In this document: positions 57,687 to 64,000 of the stretch, piece by piece | Layout of the letters: each line of letters opens with the position of its first letter | Numbering within the stretch: position 1 is the stretch's first letter | Source: an uncultured Lentisphaeraceae bacterium | GTDB taxonomy: Bacteria > Verrucomicrobiota > Kiritimatiellia > RFP12 > UBA1067 | DNA length: 64,000 nt | Direction: 5' to 3' | NCBI GenBank assembly: GCA_964636295.1 | Contig: CAZWQY010000005.1 | Location: forward strand, 47,496-111,495 | The notes under the pieces: generated by a model | The model's database searches: none | What the model saw: the letters and a program-made list of their open reading frames with translations, nothing else | What the model was told of the DNA's origin: nothing | Translations under genes and position numbers: made by a program

Positions 57687-58270
57687 GGGCGATGAGAAGG
57701 GGTTTCACGCTCGTCGAGGTCAACCTTGCCATTTTCATCATGGCAGCAGGTGTCCTTGCGATGGTTTCGCTGTATTCACTTGGCATGCGCGAGAGCCGTC
57801 AGTCGGTTGAGGATGTGGCGGTCGCGGGCTATGCAGATGCCGTCTTTGCGCCGCTTGTCGCGAAGCTGTCGGCAACGAACATGACATGGAGGGGGTGGAC
57901 GTCGATCGGCTCGACGCCACAGGGAGAGGGCGACAAAGTCTGCGATGGCGTGACGCAGGGCGGAAAAGGCTGGTCGGACTATGTCCAGAAGGTTGGATCG
58001 GATTCTTCGGGGCTGTATCGGGTTGATTCCGGCTGCACGGCCAAGGCACAGCAGGCGTTTCAGGAGATTGCGAGCGCCTCGTTGAAGGGAAGTCCGAGCC
58101 TTGCGATTTCGTGGCCGACCTTGCCAAGTGACTACTTCTACGGACTTGTGGCAACGCGCACGGGGGCGACCATTTCGCTCGCATTTCGTGCGTCGCGGCG
58201 GCGGGATGCCTTGATGAGCCAGCCGGTCTACTACACGGAGGTCCACTATCAGGGGAGGGATGACGAATGA
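57683..58270 (+). CDS. Prepilin-type protein (GspI/PilV-like)
   Basis: RRG/FTLVEVNLAIFIMAAGVLAMVSL. Confidence 0.82.
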   Translation: MRAMRRGFTLVEVNLAIFIMAAGVLAMVSLYSLGMRESRQSVEDVAVAGYADAVFAPLVAKLSATNMTWRGWTSIGSTPQGEGDKVCDGVTQGGKGWSDYVQKVGSDSSGLYRVDSGCTAKAQQAFQEIASASLKGSPSLAISWPTLPSDYFYGLVATRTGATISLAFRASRRRDALMSQPVYYTEVHYQGRDDE

Positions 58271-58779
58271 GGCGCGGCTTTACCATTTTGGAACTCCTGG
58301 TCGCCTCGTTGCTGCTGTCGATGCTGGTCACGATTCTGACGATGCTTTTCAACCAGTCGTCCGTTGCCTGGACGGCCGGGCTGTCGAGCGTTTCCGACTT
58401 GAGCGAGGAGCGGATGTCGCTCGGCATCTATCATGATGTGGAGGATGACTTGTTGCCGGGCATCACGGAACAAGGTGTTCGGGGCGGGGATTCCGATAAT
58501 CGTCGTCTTGACTATCGCACGGTTTCACTGTGGCAGAAGGGTTCCAAGAATAAGTTGCGTAGTGGGCAACGGGCCTTTGACCGCGCAGACTGGGGGTCGG
58601 CTTCTGTGTGGGTGACGGACATCAAGAACGCGGCGAAAGGGACTTTACAGAATTCGGGATCGAGCGTCCAGCAGCGAAATCGCGAGGGCGGAGTCGTCGT
58701 TGGTGTCTGGAGTGCGGGACCCGACGGGAAGTGGGATACGGCGGATGACATCAATACCTTCCCGGAGGAGGTGGACTGA
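58267..58779 (+). CDS. Prepilin-type protein (GspJ/PilW-like)
   Basis: RRG/FTILELLVASLLLSML. C-terminal VWSAGPDGKWDTADDI. Confidence 0.82.
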   Translation: MRRGFTILELLVASLLLSMLVTILTMLFNQSSVAWTAGLSSVSDLSEERMSLGIYHDVEDDLLPGITEQGVRGGDSDNRRLDYRTVSLWQKGSKNKLRSGQRAFDRADWGSASVWVTDIKNAAKGTLQNSGSSVQQRNREGGVVVGVWSAGPDGKWDTADDINTFPEEVD

Positions 58780-59237
58780 TGAAGCGGGCGTTTACGTTGC
58801 TGGAACTGCTTGTCGTGATCGCGATGATCGCGATTCTCGTTGGCGCGGTTGGTTCGGGCATGAATCAGGCGCGTCGCCGTGCGAAAATCGCCAAGGCGAC
58901 GCAGGATGCGAAGGAAATCACGAATGCGATTCTCGGCTTCCGCAACTATGCGAAGGATCGTTCGCTTGTCAATTATGACACGGGCGGCTGGAAGGAAACG
59001 ACCGAGGGCAACCTCAGCTTGATTCTCGGTGGCGTGAAGTCCGAGAGCGGTGCCGATGTGCCTGTCCTCTACAATGCCCAGTTGCGTGGCGGAAAAGTCG
59101 TCGATCCGTGGGGGCGGACATACCGATACAGGATTCAGAAACTGACAGGGGAAAGCGATGATTCGGGGAAGCCCACGTTTGTGCGCGCCCCCAACTTGCC
59201 TAACTTCTACCGGCTGACGGACGAGGAGCGTCAATGA
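58779..59237 (+). CDS. Prepilin-type protein (GspG-like)
   Basis: KRA/FTLLELLVVIAMIAIL, VDPWGRTYRY. Confidence 0.85.
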   Translation: MKRAFTLLELLVVIAMIAILVGAVGSGMNQARRRAKIAKATQDAKEITNAILGFRNYAKDRSLVNYDTGGWKETTEGNLSLILGGVKSESGADVPVLYNAQLRGGKVVDPWGRTYRYRIQKLTGESDDSGKPTFVRAPNLPNFYRLTDEERQ

Positions 59238-62200
59238 AAAAAGGTTCTGCCCTGCTGATTGTCTTGGGACTGCTGTCGTTCATGGTGGTCTCCGCCGTGA
59301 GCTTTTCGATCTACATGCGTCAAAGCCGATTGCCGTCAAGTTACCTTCGGCGCAATTTGGCGGCGCGCCATCTGGTGCGGGCGGCGTTGGCGCGCGCGAT
59401 TGACGAACTGGAGGGGGCGTATAACGATGACGCGAACTGGGGCAAGTACGAGTTGTCCGAGACGGATGTTCGTAGGGCGTTCTACGGCATTTATGACGAC
59501 CCCTATCCGGGGTGTGGTTACAAAGTAAACAACAACAGCCAAGATGACGGTGATTTTTGGTTCCGGCGCGTGTTCATGCCGTTCGGGCCGACGAGGTTCG
59601 CCGAGGCGACGGTGCCGACGCTGACGCTGGAAGCACTCGCCTACCTGCCGCCTGCGATTGTTGACGACGTGCGAAAGTTTTCGCGCTACACGCGCACGGC
59701 GGCGTGGCGCTCGTTGCCGTACGATGCGGGCCGCTATGCCTACACGGCCGTTAACGTTTCAGACCTTTTCGACATCAATCGTTTGCGCGCGGCAGACCCG
59801 CGTGACTCCGGCCCGAATCGCGTTTCTCTTGCGGCGCTCTGCTCGCAGACGGTGGGTGATCCGTTTGACATTGACATGTCGCGGGCAACGAGGCTGGACA
59901 CGCTGCTGCAGAAGTGGTCGGGGAGTGGCTACAACACACCCTTCGTGTCGCTGGCGGATTTCAACCTGTTGTCTGGGACGTCCGATTTTACGCCGTTCAT
60001 GGATTACATTGGCAAGACTTCGACGAAGCTGCTGAAGAATGGCGCGGCTGCGGCGGCAAATGGGCTGTTTGTTACCGACACGTGGTTCCCGGCCGCGACG
60101 TCAATTTATGAGCCAGCGTCTGGCAAGTGGGTTCCTGCGTCCAACGGGACGGGCGTGATCTATGACTTGGCCGGCGCGCATCAGCCGTTCCGAAACTTTG
60201 ACGCGCAGCAATTCTCGCAGGTTCTGACAAGTCGCAACACACAGGACAATGTCGGTGAAATCTTCGAGAAAAACCTTGGACTTGGGTTGGTGGCACTTTA
60301 TGACTACCTTGACAGCGACTCGAAGCCGATTTCGTTGGCGCTGCCAACGGTGGAGGCCGTGCCGATGGTTACGGGCGTCAGCTGTCCGGCGATGCTGAAG
60401 CCTGAAATTGAGTCGCGCGAGAAAGACGAGGTCACTTTTGAGATTCCGAACGAAAACTATGACCCGGACGATCCTGCGCAGCCGGAGAAGTGGAAGATCA
60501 AACGGTCGTGGTCGAAAATGACCTTCACGGGATTTGGCAATCGGGTGCAGACGAAGGTCTTGATGACCTATCCCTTTAAGCGCATGAAGACGACGCAGCG
60601 TTTCAACTCGAATGTCTCCTTGCGAGGCGTCTTGCGCGTCTTTGCCGCGCCGACGGGCATGGGCTGTCGTCCGAGCGACGATTCGGGTTTCCTTTATCCG
60701 GCACAGAACGTTTGGACGAGCGGCGGTCGCGCGCAGAATGGCGTGGCGTCGTTCTACTGCAATGCGGCTTCGCCGAGTCCGGGGGCGGTCTTCAACAAGG
60801 ACATTGAGAAGACGGCGGACGCCATTGACGATTCAGTTAGCTTGACGTTCGATTGCACGGGCATTGACATGCCAATCATGTATGTCGTCAAAGAAGAGTG
60901 CACGAACGGACAGGGGCCTGATGGCTTTGAGGCGAAGACCTATCTGTCGCTGGACGGTCTCAAGAACAGCGATGCGACGTTCCGACCGCTGACTGTCAAT
61001 GGCACGGTTGACGAGGCCTGGAACAATTTGCAGGCGAGGCCCGCGCATGCGTTCAAGGAGGAGCAGCTCGGCGTCGTGACCGATTCGCTGTCTGGGTTTG
61101 CGTCGTCTTACAAGCTTTATGCGGCGGTTTGGCTACAGGTTTGGGATGGTAATGATGTGGTCGACATGGCGCCGGCCTCGATCAAGGACGACATCGAGTG
61201 GCTCGGTGCAAGTACGACGGCACAGGCGGTCAATGCGCGCAAGTGTGGTGACGGGACGCCGCTCCTCAGCTTCTGTGCCGACTATGACGTGAAATGGGCG
61301 GAATCGATGGCGGAGGATCTTAAGAACCCTGCGGAGTTTAGCCAGTGGAAGACGCTCTATGCGGTTGATCCGCGTTACAACTTTGCGCCAGAAGACTGGT
61401 TCTCGAAAAATTCCAGCACGACGGTTTCGACGGGCGAATGGTCAAATGAGATTGGATTGGGTTCGTCGTCGGTCTTGCTGGGGCAGGGTGGTCGTGACCG
61501 CGACATCTTCATGTTCGTCTCCGACCAGGAGTATCTGCAGGCGATTGGTGAACTCCAGTTCCTGCCGGTCATGGGAGTCATGGACGGAAGCGAGAATTTC
61601 CTGAGCGGCGCTTATTCGCCAGATTTCAATGGAAACGCCTTTTCCTTGCGCACAGGCGCGACAAGCGGTGCTTTTGCGAACGGCGGCCGTTTCTGGCGGA
61701 CATATACGGCCTATGACAACGGCGATGGGACGGATTCGATCTATGCCCTCGCGTACAACGGTCAGGAGATTCGTTTCCAGTCGGGTGTCGGCGGCTTCAA
61801 GGTGAACCCGTATTCGGACGACAACCGCGTTCTTGCGGCGGCTTTGGTCGGCACGCCGTTTGACTATTATGTCGCTTCGACGAACGATAACCAGCGACAG
61901 GTTGGAGGAAAGCGAAACGATCTCATCGGGCAGATTAATCTGGACAGCAGCTTGAGTCGTTATTCCTTTGGCGAGGCCGATCTCGCGAAGATGAGTCCGG
62001 ACGATTTGCTGGCTGTGATGGATTCGTTTAAGGCGACCTTTGGCAGTCGGGCGAAGGATTCGAATCTGGCGAATGCCGCCGACTGGGCGGGGGGCTTTGA
62101 TGACTTGGTCTGGCAGGAGTTGAATGCGAGCAAGATCAACGATGTCAACGACCGTTTTATGGGGGTTGAACTTAACGCGGACACGAAACCTCTTCACCAG

Positions 62201-62524
62201 GTTGACCGAAAGTTCCTCTATTCGTTTTGGCGCGAGTGCTTCGAGAATCGTCAGCAGCTCTTCCTCGTGTTCGTGCGCGCGGAGCCGATGTCAACGTCGG
62301 GTGGAAGCGTTGGCAAGGCGATGCCGCCGTCGCAGTTGGGCGGGCGGGCCGTCGCGCTTGTTTGGCGTGATCCGGCTGTGCCGAGTTATCCGTCGGGAAC
62401 GACGCGCAAGACGCGGCAGGAACTTGCGGGGCAGGGCGACGCCGTCCGCGAGGATGTCCGGGACGCACGAAAAGACCTGGCGCCCCATCGCACGCGTGTG
62501 CTGTTCTACCATCAGTTCGAGTGA
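59234..62524 (+). CDS. Large PilX/GspK-like protein (1096 aa)
   Basis: KKG/SALLIVLGLLSF, lacking the Glu5, as is typical of PilX/GspK. GRYAYTAVNVS, FDIN. Confidence 0.78.
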   Translation: MKKGSALLIVLGLLSFMVVSAVSFSIYMRQSRLPSSYLRRNLAARHLVRAALARAIDELEGAYNDDANWGKYELSETDVRRAFYGIYDDPYPGCGYKVNNNSQDDGDFWFRRVFMPFGPTRFAEATVPTLTLEALAYLPPAIVDDVRKFSRYTRTAAWRSLPYDAGRYAYTAVNVSDLFDINRLRAADPRDSGPNRVSLAALCSQTVGDPFDIDMSRATRLDTLLQKWSGSGYNTPFVSLADFNLLSGTSDFTPFMDYIGKTSTKLLKNGAAAAANGLFVTDTWFPAATSIYEPASGKWVPASNGTGVIYDLAGAHQPFRNFDAQQFSQVLTSRNTQDNVGEIFEKNLGLGLVALYDYLDSDSKPISLALPTVEAVPMVTGVSCPAMLKPEIESREKDEVTFEIPNENYDPDDPAQPEKWKIKRSWSKMTFTGFGNRVQTKVLMTYPFKRMKTTQRFNSNVSLRGVLRVFAAPTGMGCRPSDDSGFLYPAQNVWTSGGRAQNGVASFYCNAASPSPGAVFNKDIEKTADAIDDSVSLTFDCTGIDMPIMYVVKEECTNGQGPDGFEAKTYLSLDGLKNSDATFRPLTVNGTVDEAWNNLQARPAHAFKEEQLGVVTDSLSGFASSYKLYAAVWLQVWDGNDVVDMAPASIKDDIEWLGASTTAQAVNARKCGDGTPLLSFCADYDVKWAESMAEDLKNPAEFSQWKTLYAVDPRYNFAPEDWFSKNSSTTVSTGEWSNEIGLGSSSVLLGQGGRDRDIFMFVSDQEYLQAIGELQFLPVMGVMDGSENFLSGAYSPDFNGNAFSLRTGATSGAFANGGRFWRTYTAYDNGDGTDSIYALAYNGQEIRFQSGVGGFKVNPYSDDNRVLAAALVGTPFDYYVASTNDNQRQVGGKRNDLIGQINLDSSLSRYSFGEADLAKMSPDDLLAVMDSFKATFGSRAKDSNLANAADWAGGFDDLVWQELNASKINDVNDRFMGVELNADTKPLHQVDRKFLYSFWRECFENRQQLFLVFVRAEPMSTSGGSVGKAMPPSQLGGRAVALVWRDPAVPSYPSGTTRKTRQELAGQGDAVREDVRDARKDLAPHRTRVLFYHQFE

Positions 62525-62569
62525 GCGTGAGCGGCAGAACCGATTTTCATTCAAAGACGGCTTAATCTT

Positions 62570-63601
62570 ATGCAGAACAATCAAACATCCAAACCTCTTG
62601 ATGCCTCGGCCTTTTCACCAGCCTTTACGCTGATTGAACTGCTTATTGTCATCGCCATCATCGGCGTCTTGTCGGGTGTGCTGCTGACGAGCTTTTCGGG
62701 GGGGACTGAGGCCGCGCGTGCGGCGAAGTGCCTTTCCAACATGCGGAATCTTGCGCAGGGTGCCATCAGCGTCGCGTCGCGGACGTCGTGGTATCCGTAT
62801 GCGGGAAGCCATGCCGTTGTCGGGGCGAATGGTGAGGGAAAGACGATTTATTCCGAGCGGGTGGGCTGGATCAGCTGGCTGTCGAAGAACGATGAATACG
62901 GCACGCGGACGAAAGGCAAGTCCAAGCCGACGAGTTTTCAGTCCTGCGAGAGCCTAGGGGCCTACTGCAGTCAAAGCGGGCAGGACGAGGACGGGGATTT
63001 CGCGCTCTCGAATGGCAAGCTTTGGACGGCCGTCGGAAAGGAGCGCGCCGTCTACACGTGTCCGGCGCATGTCTTGCGCGCCGGCAAGAAGAAGACGCGC
63101 GTGCGCTGGAGTTATGTGATGAATGCGTATTTTGGCTATGACTCGACGAAGGGGAGCGATGCCGTGGGTACGGCGGACGGAAGCGAGGGCGTCTATTTCA
63201 GCGGTTCGCGGTTGGATCGGCGGCTGCTGTTCGCCGAGCTGCCGATTAGTGGCCAGCCTGTTCCCTCGACGGAGATGAGCGCGAAGCAGGCGGACAGCTA
63301 TCCGACGGGCGATGGGAATCCGCTGACGGACTGCGTGCTTCAGTACAAGGCGAATATTAACGGCAAGGGCTATAACACGGACTGGGACGGGGAGGCTGAG
63401 GCCATCGCATTCAATCACAAGAGCGGCAAACGCTGGTGCGCGCATGTCGTTTTTGCCGACGGTCACACGGAGAAGCTGCTGGCGCCGCGTTCAAGCGGCG
63501 GACTTTCCGACGAGCAGCTGACGGCGCTTCTCTGCGCGGGCGTTGACGTCGGGTTTGATGGCTCGAACTATTCGCTGATTGACAAGGGCGATGAGAATTG
63601 A
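62570..63601 (+). CDS. Prepilin-type protein with an H-X9-DG-like C-terminal motif
   Basis: PA/FTLIELLIVIAIIGVL, KCLSNMRNL, SYVMN, FNH...HVVFADGH. Confidence 0.85.
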   Translation: MQNNQTSKPLDASAFSPAFTLIELLIVIAIIGVLSGVLLTSFSGGTEAARAAKCLSNMRNLAQGAISVASRTSWYPYAGSHAVVGANGEGKTIYSERVGWISWLSKNDEYGTRTKGKSKPTSFQSCESLGAYCSQSGQDEDGDFALSNGKLWTAVGKERAVYTCPAHVLRAGKKKTRVRWSYVMNAYFGYDSTKGSDAVGTADGSEGVYFSGSRLDRRLLFAELPISGQPVPSTEMSAKQADSYPTGDGNPLTDCVLQYKANINGKGYNTDWDGEAEAIAFNHKSGKRWCAHVVFADGHTEKLLAPRSSGGLSDEQLTALLCAGVDVGFDGSNYSLIDKGDEN

Positions 63602-63610
63602 TTGGCGCGC

Positions 63611-63640
63611 TTGACACCCAAATGGGTAATATGGTATAGT
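63611..63640 (+). promoter_or_regulatory. Near-consensus sigma70 promoter
   Basis: TTGACA-18 bp-TATAGT with extended TGG. Confidence 0.7.
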
Positions 63641-63711
63641 TCGCAGTGCTGGTTGGAAAAGACGCCCGAATGGGTAACAATTTGGAACAACACAAACGAA
63701 GGAAAACACGC

Positions 63712-64000
63712 ATGAAAAAACTGATGACAATGCTCTCGGCGGTTGCCGTGGCCTTTGGCCTTCAGGCGGCGTCGCCGTATCCAAGTGGTTCTCACTTCAA
63801 TGATGAGAACTGGATGGGAAAAGAGTCGGAGACAAATCTGTGGACTTCACTTGAAGGCCTCAGCATCTCGACGAATTCGGCCTCTCTTCCTGCTGGTGTC
63901 GATGCTCCTGCACAGTTTTCCAAAACTGATTTTAAAAACAACCTTAAATTCCAGCGTGGGCTAATGGATCCGACGTATCGCGCGATTCTGTTGGATGACT
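63712..64000 (+). CDS. Exported protein, N-terminal part (runs off the window end)
   Basis: SD GAAGGA, then MKKLMTMLSAVAVAFGLQAASP..., a signal peptide. The frame stays open to the last base. Confidence 0.7.
   Translation, partial: MKKLMTMLSAVAVAFGLQAASPYPSGSHFNDENWMGKESETNLWTSLEGLSISTNSASLPAGVDAPAQFSKTDFKNNLKFQRGLMDPTYRAILLDD

Overview
A GC-rich bacterial chromosome segment that appears to span the replication origin. Cassettes of N-methylation pilin-like genes, an exosortase/EpsI pair and large exported proteins suggest a PVC-superphylum organism such as Kiritimatiellia (inference only). Genes left of about 29 kb are mostly on the minus strand: pssA, infC, lepA, aminotransferase, Ser/Thr kinase, lepB, guaB, rdgB, TPP riboswitch-thiC, RNA methylase, dnaN, dnaA, mnmG. 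Genes right of it are all on the plus strand: luxS, argG, grpE-dnaJ, tRNA-Leu, C10 protease, recA, proB, pheS, exosortase, GSIII, alkaline phosphatase and a 9-gene pilin-like cassette. The most notable signals are non-coding or dual-coding. (1) Four parS palindromes are written inside the mnmG reading frame. (2) A DnaA-box-like 9-mer TT(A/G)T(C/G)AACA differs from canonical TTATCCACA; it occurs at the dnaA/mnmG intergenic regions, alongside a DnaA with an altered recognition helix, and again as a dense 8-copy array about 9 kb away, upstream of an XRE-HTH/zinc-ribbon gene. (3) Three matching Pho-box-like promoters drive an alginate-export-type porin, a shortened PstS and pstB plus a half-length PhoU; pstC/pstA are absent and two toxin-antitoxin modules sit in the gap. 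(4) Many promoters appear leaderless, and infC probably starts at ATC. Many starts were moved from the supplied ORF track, and its long antisense ORFs are treated as GC artefacts. All calls come from reading the sequence; no database searches were run.
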